From positions 1 to 42,360 of the forward strand of contig CAMTVO010000047.1 in the NCBI GenBank assembly GCA_947085205.1: DNA of 42,360 nt, written 5' to 3'. This document shows positions 27,879-36,888 of this stretch, piece after piece. A program made the translations under genes and the position numbers. The DNA is from an uncultured Nitrospiraceae bacterium. GTDB taxonomy: Bacteria > Nitrospirota > Thermodesulfovibrionia > Thermodesulfovibrionales > Dissulfurispiraceae. Numbering within the stretch: position 1 is the first letter of the stretch; each line of letters starts with the position of its first letter. The notes beneath the pieces were generated by a model, which did no database searches, was not told the origin of the DNA, and worked only from the letters and a program-made list of their open reading frames with translations.

Positions 27879-28460
27879 CTATAATCCATGCCGCTCCATT
27901 TCCGAATATATGCAGCCGCAATATTTCTGCCTGTAAAGCCCCAGTTCCTTTGACATCCTCCGGCCTTCATTAAACCCTTTCCTGAAATCCTCAAAGTAAA
28001 ACTCAACAGAATGCCTGTCCTGCATCATTCTTCCTATATCTATAATCATATCAAATTTTTGATAAGGACTCACCAGTAAAGATGTGGTAAATGCATCGGC
28101 ATTAATCTCTTTGGCCTTTTTAGCGGCCTCTTCCAATCTGACCTTATAGCAGTATTCGCATCTGTTTTCTTCGTTTCCGACGACATTCTTCAGGTATTCT
28201 TTCAATCCGTAATAATCGACATATTCAATCCGAAAATCCCCCCTCCCCCCTTTTACTAAAAGGGGGTTAGGGGGGATTATATTCTCGTTGTTCCACATGC
28301 TCTCAAGCTTCCTGACAGCATTCAGCCTGTTTTTATATTCGGCGTAAGGATGGATATTCGGATTAAACCAGAGGCCTTTCACATCGATACCCCTCTGCTT
28401 GATAACAGTCAAAGGATATAAAGCACAATTGGCGCAGCATATATGCATGAGAAGCTTCAT
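27879..28460 (-). CDS. queH: epoxyqueuosine reductase QueH
   Basis: HICCANC, NPNIHP..EY, C..CY..RL, YRQKYCGC. Confidence 0.95.
   Translation of the reverse strand: MKLLMHICCANCALYPLTVIKQRGIDVKGLWFNPNIHPYAEYKNRLNAVRKLESMWNNENIIPPNPLLVKGGRGDFRIEYVDYYGLKEYLKNVVGNEENRCEYCYKVRLEEAAKKAKEINADAFTTSLLVSPYQKFDMIIDIGRMMQDRHSVEFYFEDFRKGFNEGRRMSKELGLYRQKYCGCIYSEMERHGL
28235..28278. repeat. C-run/G-run palindromic element in frame inside queH (IPPNPLLVKGGRGDF)
   Basis: AATCCCCCCT...CCCCCTTTT-act-AAAAGGGGG...AGGGGGGATT. Confidence 0.88.
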
Positions 28461-28461
28461 A

Positions 28462-29484
28462 TTAGAACAAACCCTGCGGCAATTTTAATCCCAGATGCTC
28501 ATATGCCAGCCTTGTGGCAAGCCTGCCTCGCGAAGTCCTATCAAGCAGCCCCTCCTGCAAAAGGTAGGGCTCATAGACATCCTCAATCGTCTCTTTGTCT
28601 TCCCTCAGCGCCGCCGCTATTGCATCAACCCCGGCCGGGCCTCCGCCGAATTTCTCGATTATGGTAAGCAGCAGCTTTCTGTCTATCTCATCCAGCCCCC
28701 TCTTGTCGACATCGAGGGATTTTAGCGCGCTTTTCGTTATGGCAATATCGATAACGCCGTCTCCCTTGACCTGAGCAAAGTCGCGGATGCGCTTTAAAAG
28801 CCTGTTCGCAATCCTCGGCGTGCCCCTCGAGCGCGAAGCGATCTCCGACGCGGCATCCGCCTTTATCTCCATCTCAAGGAGACTTGCAGACCTCATGACA
28901 ATATGTTTGAGTTCTTCCGTATTGTAAAACTCAAGCCTGTTGATTACCCCGAAACGGTCTCTCAGCGGCGAAGTAAGCAGCCCCGTTCTTGTAGTAGCTC
29001 CTATCAGGGTAAACCTCGGAAGATTGATTTTTAATGTCCGTGCATTAGGCCCCTGTCCTATGATTATGTCCAGCTTATAGTCCTCCATGGCCGAATATAA
29101 AACCTCTTCGACAATTCTCGGCAGGCGATGAATTTCATCGATAAAGAGGATATCCTTATCCGATAGATTTGTGAGAATAGCAGCGAGGTCGCCCTGCCGT
29201 TCAAGCACAGGGCCCGTAGTGGTCTTGATATTTACTCCGAGCTCGTTTGCTATTATGGTGGCAAGTGTGGTCTTTCCGAGTCCAGGAGGCCCGCAGAAAA
29301 GGACATGGTCGAGCGGCTCTTCCCGCATCTTTGTGGCGGAAATAAACACCTTGAGGTTTTCCTTTATTTTTTCCTGACCGACAAACTCGTCGAGCGAGCG
29401 AGGGCGGAGGTTTACCTCATACGGCATATCCTCCTGAATGGCTTCAGGAGAAAGGGGATGGAGTTCTTTGTCTTCTATGCGCAT
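28462..29484 (-). CDS. ruvB: Holliday junction branch migration helicase RuvB
   Basis: [31 protein letters not shown]. Confidence 0.98.
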   Translation of the reverse strand: MRIEDKELHPLSPEAIQEDMPYEVNLRPRSLDEFVGQEKIKENLKVFISATKMREEPLDHVLFCGPPGLGKTTLATIIANELGVNIKTTTGPVLERQGDLAAILTNLSDKDILFIDEIHRLPRIVEEVLYSAMEDYKLDIIIGQGPNARTLKINLPRFTLIGATTRTGLLTSPLRDRFGVINRLEFYNTEELKHIVMRSASLLEMEIKADAASEIASRSRGTPRIANRLLKRIRDFAQVKGDGVIDIAITKSALKSLDVDKRGLDEIDRKLLLTIIEKFGGGPAGVDAIAAALREDKETIEDVYEPYLLQEGLLDRTSRGRLATRLAYEHLGLKLPQGLF

Positions 29485-29672
29485 GGGTTATTATCCACTT
29501 CTTCGATTTCACTGATTACTGATAGTATCGCTCCGTGCCAATCTACATAATCGCCGATTTTATCCTCACTAATTTTCAATTCTCTGCGATTTAGTTTTCT
29601 GCCCAACTCATCTTCGGCAACGGTCTGAACATCTTCAATGTTGATTGAATAGATGATTTTAGAGGTATCCAT
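29475..29672 (-). CDS. small acidic hypothetical protein, third gene of the R-M cassette
   Basis: starts 3 nt after the REase stop, AGGAG SD, overlaps the ruvB start. Confidence 0.75.
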   Translation of the reverse strand: MDTSKIIYSINIEDVQTVAEDELGRKLNRRELKISEDKIGDYVDWHGAILSVISEIEEVDNNPCA

Positions 29673-29675
29673 ATT

Positions 29676-30497
29676 TCATGTCTCCTGTCGCTCTCTTATC
29701 TGAGCAACTGTTTCTGCTATAACATCTAATATATCATTCATTGTTCCTTTACTACCTCCAAGGAAGTCCCATAATTCACTCGATAGTAATACTTCATTGG
29801 AAGCAAAGAACTTTTTAAATTCAATCAGATAATTAAAAAATCTTTCCTTGTCATATCCGGTAGACTTTTCCGCTGTCGGATCAAAAGGAAAGCCAATAAA
29901 AAATTTAATATCTTTATTCGGATGCAAACATTTGAGTGCGGCTTTGCCATATAATATTTTTTGTTTTTCACCACGACCTTCACCAGAATTTGGTCTCACA
30001 GATTTCAATTCTATGGCTACGATTTCATTTTCTTTCTCAATATAAGTATCAACAGTAAATTCTAAAGAATCAACTTCCTGATCTGTATCAGGATAGTTAA
30101 AAATTAATTCATTTTCTCTATTCAAATCTGGCAAATAAGTGCCTGCTTTTAAATCACGTATTATATTCTCTATCTGCGAAGCTTGTGTTGTTTTTACCTT
30201 CAATTTGTATGCTCCAGTAAATTTACGTTTATAACCGCCCGATAGGATATGAGAAATATTTTCAAAACCAGTACCTATAGAGGTATTTAACCCATGAAGC
30301 CAACTTGCTATAGCTATTAGATAAGGCATTTGTATATTCAATGGTCCAAGACGCTCTTTAAAACACTCCAGAAATGCCTTATGAAATGGAGCATTACGAA
30401 TTTGTGCACCATGTTCCGGGAAATTATCAATTCGCCTTAATAAAATGTCTTTAACGACTTCGCTAATTCTATTTTTTTGATCTTGCGTCAATGGCAT
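29676..30497 (-). CDS. type II restriction endonuclease, TdeIII/MjaII-like (PD-(D/E)xK)
   Basis: 'APFH..FL', 'LNTSIGTGFE', 'VDTY...IELKSVRPN'; adjacent to an MTase. Confidence 0.82.
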   Translation of the reverse strand: MPLTQDQKNRISEVVKDILLRRIDNFPEHGAQIRNAPFHKAFLECFKERLGPLNIQMPYLIAIASWLHGLNTSIGTGFENISHILSGGYKRKFTGAYKLKVKTTQASQIENIIRDLKAGTYLPDLNRENELIFNYPDTDQEVDSLEFTVDTYIEKENEIVAIELKSVRPNSGEGRGEKQKILYGKAALKCLHPNKDIKFFIGFPFDPTAEKSTGYDKERFFNYLIEFKKFFASNEVLLSSELWDFLGGSKGTMNDILDVIAETVAQIRERQET

Positions 30498-30501
30498 AAG
30501 T

Positions 30502-32091
30502 TTATTTCTCTTTTAAATGAAAAATAATTTCTGAATACGCGCCTTTATCTTTTTCAGTGCGATTTAAAACTGGCCTTTTATACCGGTTTATAATCTGCAT
30601 TCCCGCTTTTTCAGCAATCGTTGGATACATATTGTATTTGTCGTTGGCAACAAGGAAAATATCGTAATCATCAACTAAATACTGCTTGCAGTTATTGAGA
30701 ACAGCGGTTATACCTTCTATATAACTTTGCCTTGCTTCCAGTCCTTGCCCTTTGAAAAGCGGTCCTATTTCCAAATCGTCTTGCCGTTTGAAACCAAAAA
30801 GGTCGTATGCGTAAGCGTGCTGCTCATGGTAGTCAATTAAACCGACATAAGGCGGTGATGAAAAAATGCCTTTAATTTTTTGTTTCCACGCCAGTTCTGC
30901 AAAAGCAGAGTTTTTCTTTTCAAGTTCTCTGAAAATATCGATGGTCCTGCTGTCCCCGGTCAAACAGGTTTGAAATGTATTTGTTCTTAGTTTGTCAAAT
31001 TGCTTAAGACGATTTATAGTGTCTTTAGAATATGCTTCCCACCATTTGAGAATTGAAAAAAGCGGCTTACAGACTTTGCCGTGTTTTGCGCAATAATAGG
31101 TCGCTGTTATAGGTTCTTTAAGCGTCGCTAAATCTGCATGTGTGGTAGCCCGGCATGAACGGATAGTCCTGCTCAATATTATGCTTATAATTTTTTTAGT
31201 ATCTGCATTTTTTATTTTCTTTATTTCGTCAAATACAAATTGAATTTCATCTCTTATGTGTTGCGAATACCATTTATCAAGAAAATTATCGGCCTTATCC
31301 TGACGAAGTTTAATATTATACTGTTTTACAAGTTTTTCATATGTAGGCAAAAACTCCTTTGCTTTTTCTTCTCCATATATATCCTCATTAATCTCTCCTC
31401 GCTTAACCTTGTATTTATATTCTGGGACAGGGAAATATTTATTATTAAAAACATAAAGCGCCTCTAAAAGTTTCCCCTCAAACTCTATGGTATGCGAGTT
31501 TGTTAAAAATTGCTTCAATGCTTTTGTTATCCGGCTGATTTCAGCCTGCACATCAATCAAATTGTATTTAGTAACCTTACATTCTCCTATAAGAGTATTA
31601 AAGGCAGAAACATCAATGCCAATAGCGTGCATGCCAAGTTCACAGGCTTGCACCAACATTGTTCCGCTTCCTGAAAACGGGTCAAGCGCTATGTCCCCTT
31701 TATTAAAATAAACCTCTTTTTTAAAATTATCAGTATGGCCGTCAAGAAAATACTCCGCGAGTTGAGGAATAAATTTCCCCTTGTAAGGATGCAGTCTATG
31801 AACATGCTTTGTTGTTTCAGCTTCCTTATATTGGTCAAAGGATAGAGCCCAGTTTAGGTCATCGCCAAGACGGTCTTTCCATGAAACTTCCCGTTTGCCA
31901 TTATAAGACTTGTAGTAGCTTATTAGCTCTTTTTTTGAGACTTGTGTTGTACCGTTGTATCCAATTTTTTTGACGCGACCGTATTGGATAAGATAGGAGA
32001 TATTAGAGGTTGTCACAGTTTTTCCTAAATGTTGTGTCGCCCATTCGCTGGCTTCTTTTATGCTTAACAAATCAATCATAATCTTTTCCAT
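30502..32091 (-). CDS. amino (probably N4-cytosine) DNA methyltransferase with N-terminal HTH-like region
   Basis: 'HPYKGKFIPQL', motif I DPFSGSGT, motif IV SPPY near the C-terminus (alpha order). Confidence 0.9.
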   Translation of the reverse strand: MEKIMIDLLSIKEASEWATQHLGKTVTTSNISYLIQYGRVKKIGYNGTTQVSKKELISYYKSYNGKREVSWKDRLGDDLNWALSFDQYKEAETTKHVHRLHPYKGKFIPQLAEYFLDGHTDNFKKEVYFNKGDIALDPFSGSGTMLVQACELGMHAIGIDVSAFNTLIGECKVTKYNLIDVQAEISRITKALKQFLTNSHTIEFEGKLLEALYVFNNKYFPVPEYKYKVKRGEINEDIYGEEKAKEFLPTYEKLVKQYNIKLRQDKADNFLDKWYSQHIRDEIQFVFDEIKKIKNADTKKIISIILSRTIRSCRATTHADLATLKEPITATYYCAKHGKVCKPLFSILKWWEAYSKDTINRLKQFDKLRTNTFQTCLTGDSRTIDIFRELEKKNSAFAELAWKQKIKGIFSSPPYVGLIDYHEQHAYAYDLFGFKRQDDLEIGPLFKGQGLEARQSYIEGITAVLNNCKQYLVDDYDIFLVANDKYNMYPTIAEKAGMQIINRYKRPVLNRTEKDKGAYSEIIFHLKEK

Positions 32092-32096
32092 TGTCC

Positions 32097-32666
32097 CTAT
32101 TCCTTCGTCAGATATTTTAACGCCTCTTTCAAGAGACTTTCAATGTCCTTGTGGCCGCTGTCATACGCCTTTTCGAGGGCTTCCTGCGCTATATTCTTTT
32201 TATAGCCTAAATTCACGAGGGCCGAAAGCGTATCGTCATAAACCGTGTCCTTTTTCTCTTTTAGAGACGGAAGCTTTCCCCTGAGTTCGAGGATTAGGCG
32301 GTGAGCCGTCTTTTTGCCGAGCCCCGGCGCTTTGCAGAGGATGTCCACATCTTCGGAGTTTATTGCATTGTAAAAATTATCAGGCGGAATAGTTGAGAGT
32401 ATATTTAATGCCACCTTCGGCCCTATTCCCGATATGCCCAACAATGTCGTGAATATCCTCTTATCAGCATCTGTCTGGAAGCCATAAAGCTGTATGGCAT
32501 CCTCTCTCACATGTGTGTGTATGTAAAGAAAGACTTCTCTATTCTCCTCAGGAAGGGATGAAAGAAGGGTTAATGGAACCTGAACGTTATAGCCGACGCC
32601 TGCCACATCGATTATCAGGCTGTCGGGCTTTTTTGATATGAGCTTTCCACGCAGAGATGCAATCAT
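32097..32666 (-). CDS. ruvA: Holliday junction DNA-binding protein RuvA
   Basis: 'MIASLRG', 'VREDAIQLYGF', 'GIGPKVAL', 'ALVNLGY'. Confidence 0.97.
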   Translation of the reverse strand: MIASLRGKLISKKPDSLIIDVAGVGYNVQVPLTLLSSLPEENREVFLYIHTHVREDAIQLYGFQTDADKRIFTTLLGISGIGPKVALNILSTIPPDNFYNAINSEDVDILCKAPGLGKKTAHRLILELRGKLPSLKEKKDTVYDDTLSALVNLGYKKNIAQEALEKAYDSGHKDIESLLKEALKYLTKE

Positions 32667-32670
32667 AATT

Positions 32671-32805
32671 TAGTGAACAGTGAATAGTCTTTGTTTTTCA
32701 GGTTTCACCTTTAAGTTTCTCATATTAAATTTTAACATAACCAACAAACAGATTCTTATCAAAAGTTTTTTTACTATCCACTGTTCACTAAAGACTATTC
32801 ACTGT
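32671..32805. repeat. MITE-like element with heptamer-built inverted repeats between ruvC and ruvA
   Basis: 32671-32688 pairs with 32773-32790 (1 mismatch); 32677-32692 pairs with 32790-32805. Confidence 0.8.
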
Positions 32806-33270
32806 CTTACTATTCGCATGGCAGACTGCCAGCGCAAGTGCATCTGCACTGTCGGGAGATAATGAATTATTTATTCTCAATATCTCAAGAACCATTTTCT
32901 GAACCTGATTTTTATCTGCCCTTCCATAACCCACTACTGCCTTTTTGACTTCAAGGGCGCTGTACTCGTAAATAGAAAGCCCTGTTAATGCAGCAGCGAG
33001 GAGCACAACCCCCCTCGTATGACCGAGGCTGAGGGCTGCCTTTGTGCCTTTTGCAAAAAAAATCTTTTCTATTACTATCTCATCGGGCTTATAATCGGAA
33101 ATCACATCAGTAAGGGATGCGTAAAGCTCCCTGAGCCTTACATAAAGAGGCTTTTTAGCAGGAAGAACAATCCTGCCGGAGGAAAGATACTGGAGTGTTG
33201 AAGTGTTGGAGTAACGGATAAGCCCGTATCCGCAATTGACGCTTCCTGGATCTATGCCAAGGATTTTCAT
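32788..33270 (-). CDS. ruvC: Holliday junction resolvase RuvC
   Basis: ILGIDPG, 'IEKIFF', 'VKKAVVGYGRADK', 'DSADALALA'. Confidence 0.97.
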   Translation of the reverse strand: MKILGIDPGSVNCGYGLIRYSNTSTLQYLSSGRIVLPAKKPLYVRLRELYASLTDVISDYKPDEIVIEKIFFAKGTKAALSLGHTRGVVLLAAALTGLSIYEYSALEVKKAVVGYGRADKNQVQKMVLEILRINNSLSPDSADALALAVCHANSKTVNSL

Positions 33271-33274
33271 CCAA

Positions 33275-33859
33275 TCATCTTTTTCGCGGCGCTTCAAAGA
33301 GAATCTCTTCCACTATCTGGCATAAGACATGACCAAGGGTTATATGGGTTTCCTGAATCCTTGGAGTGTCGTCAGATGGGACTACAAAGGCATAATCGCT
33401 CTTTGATGCGAACTTATCTCCTTTTAGTCCTGTAAAGGCAATTGTCTTTATCCCCTTCTTCTTTGCCACATCGACTGCCTTGAGGATATTTTTTGAATTG
33501 CCGCTTGTGCTTATTGCTATGGCAATATCGCCGGCCTCTGCCAATGTCTTAACCTGCCTTGCGAAAATCTCGGAATAGTCGTAATCGTTAGATATGGATG
33601 TCAATACAGCCATGTCTGTATTCAATGCAATGGCAGGAAGTCCTGGCCTGTCTTTTTTAAAGCGGTTGATGAATTCCGCTGCAATATGCGATGCATCGCA
33701 GGCGCTGCCGCCGTTGCCGAAAAGAAGAATCTTTTTACCGTCATTAAAGGCGTCGGCTATAAGCTTCGACACCTCTGCGATGAGGGATGTGTTCTCCTTT
33801 GCAAACTTTTCTTTTACGCTTATGCTGTCTTCAAATGCTTTAATTATTTTTCTTTCCAT
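33275..33859 (-). CDS. gmhA: D-sedoheptulose-7-phosphate isomerase
   Basis: GNGGSACDASHIAAE, SNDY, STSGNS, RIQETH. Confidence 0.96.
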   Translation of the reverse strand: MERKIIKAFEDSISVKEKFAKENTSLIAEVSKLIADAFNDGKKILLFGNGGSACDASHIAAEFINRFKKDRPGLPAIALNTDMAVLTSISNDYDYSEIFARQVKTLAEAGDIAIAISTSGNSKNILKAVDVAKKKGIKTIAFTGLKGDKFASKSDYAFVVPSDDTPRIQETHITLGHVLCQIVEEILFEAPRKR

Positions 33860-33865
33860 GCGATT

Positions 33866-33895
33866 AGTCTACTAAAGACAAAACTCCGTAGTCAA
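33866..33895 (-). promoter_or_regulatory. promoter TTGACT-18-TAGACT, 6 nt before the gmhA ATG
   Basis: near-consensus hexamers, no SD. Confidence 0.6.
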
Positions 33896-34383
33896 GAAGA
33901 GTGCAATGGATTAAAGACAGGATAAAGCTTGTCGTATGTGCTTAGTATGTGCTCGGGTATAATCCTCACTTCTCCGAGCACAGTCATAAAGTTAGCATCT
34001 CCAGCCCATCTCGGAACAATATGGATGTGAATATGCTCTTCTATTCCGGCCCCTGCAGCCTCTCCAAAGTTAATGCCGACATTGAAACCTTCAGGATTAA
34101 AGGCCTTTTTAAGACAATCCACAGCGTATTTGGCAATTACTATAAGATCAGACATCACCTTGTCTGAAAGGCCGTCAAAGGATGATGTGTGGAAATATGG
34201 AACCACCATGAGATGTCCGTTGTTATATGGATATTTGTTCATTATCACATAGACATTTTCAGCCCTGTAAAGAATCAAGTTGTCCCTGTCATTACTCTCT
34301 TTGGGCTTCACACAAAACAAGCACTCCTTTTCCTTTTCAGAAAGTATATACTCCATCCTCCACGGCGCCCAGATAGTCTTCAT
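33892..34383 (-). CDS. HIT family hydrolase (Ap4A phosphorylase-like)
   Basis: 'WAPWRMEYI', 'NKYPYNNGH', 'HIHIHIVPRW'. Confidence 0.93.
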   Translation of the reverse strand: MKTIWAPWRMEYILSEKEKECLFCVKPKESNDRDNLILYRAENVYVIMNKYPYNNGHLMVVPYFHTSSFDGLSDKVMSDLIVIAKYAVDCLKKAFNPEGFNVGINFGEAAGAGIEEHIHIHIVPRWAGDANFMTVLGEVRIIPEHILSTYDKLYPVFNPLHSS

Positions 34384-35066
34384 TCTTCTCCTTTTAGTTT
34401 TTTCAACACTGCCTGCGCATCCAACCATGTCAGCGGTTTGTCTTTCGGGTTTCTCAAAAAATAGGCCGGGTGAAAAGTCGGCATGACCGGTATCCCGTTA
34501 TACTCAAAAAACTTACCCCTTTCTTTTGTTATGAAAAATTTGGAAATAGGCGTTTTAGAGCCTGAAAGCGTATGGGCTGATATTTTACCGAGAGCTATTA
34601 TGACTTTTGGCGAAACTATTTCTATCTGTCTTTTGAGAAACGGAAGACATGCCGAGATTTCATCTTCATGAGGGTCCCTGTTCATTGACGGCCTGCATTT
34701 TACAATATTGGTAATATAAACATCAGGCCTCTTGAAACCGGATTCTGAAATCTCTCCCATCTTGTTAATAAGATTCGTAAGTATCTGCCCCGCCTCGCCT
34801 ACGAATGGTCTGCCCTGATTATCTTCCTCTCTGCCCGGAGCCTCGCCTATGAACATCAAGGGAGAATCTGGATTGCCCTCCCCAAAAACAATATTCTGCC
34901 TTCCGTTTGATAGGCCGCACCTGCGGCAGTCGCCGATTTCTTCGCGGAGGGCGTTAAGGAAGGAGGCTGATTCCTGATTTTTGAAATTGATCGGCAGCCT
35001 CTCAAATCCAAGCTCCTTATAAAATTCGAGGGTAGTCTTTATGCCTTCTCTTAACTCATAACTCAT
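34380..35066 (-). CDS. family 4 uracil-DNA glycosylase (Fe-S)
   Basis: C..C.L, GEAPG, PFVG, 'KCRP', 'TFHPAY'. Confidence 0.94.
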   Translation of the reverse strand: MSYELREGIKTTLEFYKELGFERLPINFKNQESASFLNALREEIGDCRRCGLSNGRQNIVFGEGNPDSPLMFIGEAPGREEDNQGRPFVGEAGQILTNLINKMGEISESGFKRPDVYITNIVKCRPSMNRDPHEDEISACLPFLKRQIEIVSPKVIIALGKISAHTLSGSKTPISKFFITKERGKFFEYNGIPVMPTFHPAYFLRNPKDKPLTWLDAQAVLKKLKGEE

Positions 35067-35068
35067 AA

Positions 35069-35920
35069 CTATCTCTCTCCCCATTTTAATTTTGTCCTTA
35101 ATATCTGGAAATAATCACGCTCGCACGGCATGAGGAGCTTTGTCGTAAACACCGATTTTTTCACCTCTACGGTATCGTTCTTCTTCAGGGAAAATCCAAC
35201 CTGCCCGTCGAGGGTCAGAAAGACATCCTCGCTCTCGGACCTTAAAACAATCTCGATTGCGACATCATCCGGCAGGACAATAGGCCTGTTTGTAAGGGTA
35301 TGCGGACAGATTGGTGTCAGTACGATGCTGTTGAGCGTGGGATACAGTATAGGGCCTCCGGCAGAAAGCGAATAGGCTGTAGAGCCCGTGGGAGTGGAGA
35401 TAATAAGACCGTCTGCTTTAAATGTCGTTACGTAAGAGTTATTGATATAGGTTTCAAGGTCTATAATCCTCGCCAGGGCGCCCTTGTTTATAACAACGTC
35501 GTTTAATACAACAAAATCCGCAATCCTTTCTCCGTGTCTATGGACCACCGCCGTCAGCATTATGCGCTCTTCTATGGAGCAGCTTCCAGCTAGCGCCTTG
35601 TCAACGGCATCGAATATCTCGTCCCTGTTCACCTCTGTGATAAATCCGAGTCCGCCTAAATTTACGCCGAGTATCGGAACCCCCTTGTCGCCGACAAGCC
35701 TTGCGACACCTAACATCGTGCCGTCGCCGCCGAGCACAATAATTACATCGACCAGAGACGGTATCTGTGCTCTCGAATATCCTTCCATATTAAGAACTCC
35801 TGCTGTTTCAGAATCTAAAAACACCTCATAGCCCTTCTTCCTGAGCCACGGCAGGAATTCCTTTAATATCTCAATGGGCTCAGGCCTTCCTATCTTACAT
35901 ATGATGCCAATTCTTTTCAT
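35069..35920 (-). CDS. nadK: NAD+ kinase
   Basis: GGDGT, GVNLG.LGF, DGLIISTPTGSTAYSLSAGGP. Confidence 0.97.
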   Translation of the reverse strand: MKRIGIICKIGRPEPIEILKEFLPWLRKKGYEVFLDSETAGVLNMEGYSRAQIPSLVDVIIVLGGDGTMLGVARLVGDKGVPILGVNLGGLGFITEVNRDEIFDAVDKALAGSCSIEERIMLTAVVHRHGERIADFVVLNDVVINKGALARIIDLETYINNSYVTTFKADGLIISTPTGSTAYSLSAGGPILYPTLNSIVLTPICPHTLTNRPIVLPDDVAIEIVLRSESEDVFLTLDGQVGFSLKKNDTVEVKKSVFTTKLLMPCERDYFQILRTKLKWGER

Positions 35921-35922
35921 AA

Positions 35923-36357
35923 CTATAGCCCCTCGCCAACTCCTTCAATAATTATTTCCCTTGAATTTTCGTTAACATAATTTATTTTTACTTTAATCGC
36001 ATTCTCTGGAACTTCAGAAAGTCTTTCAGCCCACTCTACAACAGCAATGCCTTCAGTATCTATATATTCCCAGATGCCCACCGCATCGATATCTTCCTCC
36101 CTCTCAAGCCTGTAAAGGTCGATATGATAAAAAGGAGGCGCACTCTCATATTCGGCGACTATTACAAAACTTGCGCTCCCTATATCTCTTTCAGGAATAC
36201 CGAAGGCCGATGCAATCCCCTTGATAAATGTAGTTTTGCCAGCGCCGAGGTCTCCGTAGAGCAAAACAGTTCCGCCTTTGCCTTGTTCCCTTATAAATCT
36301 TCCAAGTTTAAAACCAAAATCCTCTGTCTCTTCTGAAGACTTTGTAATTATTTTCAC
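35923..36357 (-). CDS. tsaE: t6A biosynthesis ATPase TsaE
   Basis: GDLGAGKTT, HIDLYRL, VEWAE. Confidence 0.95.
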   Translation of the reverse strand: MKIITKSSEETEDFGFKLGRFIREQGKGGTVLLYGDLGAGKTTFIKGIASAFGIPERDIGSASFVIVAEYESAPPFYHIDLYRLEREEDIDAVGIWEYIDTEGIAVVEWAERLSEVPENAIKVKINYVNENSREIIIEGVGEGL

Positions 36358-36376
36358 CTGAAAATATTCCTTTTCG

Positions 36377-36826
36377 CTATTTTGTCATTCCCTTGATCAT
36401 GTCCATTTTGCCGATTATGCCCAGTACCTTTTTGCCCTCAACAACAGGGATAAGATGCACCTTCTTTTCAGACATGATAGTAGCAATATCCTCTATAGTC
36501 ATATCGCCTGAAACGGTTATTACATCCTTAATGCATATGTCGTCCACAGTAGCCGCAGCCATTTTCTTTATTTCCTTTTCTATCTTGCTCGGACTCTCAA
36601 GCATAATAAAGGCGTCAAAGAGCCTCACAACCGTAGGGATATGCAGTCTTTTGTTCTGGCTTATCAAGTCGTTCTCGGTAACTATGCCGACCAAATCTCC
36701 TCTGTCATCCACCACCGGCGCACCACTGATATTCTTTTCTATGAATATACGCGCCAAATCTTCTATCGTAGTGGCCGGACTTACTGTTATTACATCCCTT
36801 GTCATAATGTCTTTAGCTTTGAGCAT
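36377..36826 (-). CDS. CBS-pair protein
   Basis: two CBS motifs; AAGGAG SD. Confidence 0.9.
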   Translation of the reverse strand: MLKAKDIMTRDVITVSPATTIEDLARIFIEKNISGAPVVDDRGDLVGIVTENDLISQNKRLHIPTVVRLFDAFIMLESPSKIEKEIKKMAAATVDDICIKDVITVSGDMTIEDIATIMSEKKVHLIPVVEGKKVLGIIGKMDMIKGMTK

Positions 36827-36888
36827 CGCGTCTCCTTCATCGATATTATCGATATTTTTGTGTCTTTATTATAAACAACACAATCAAT

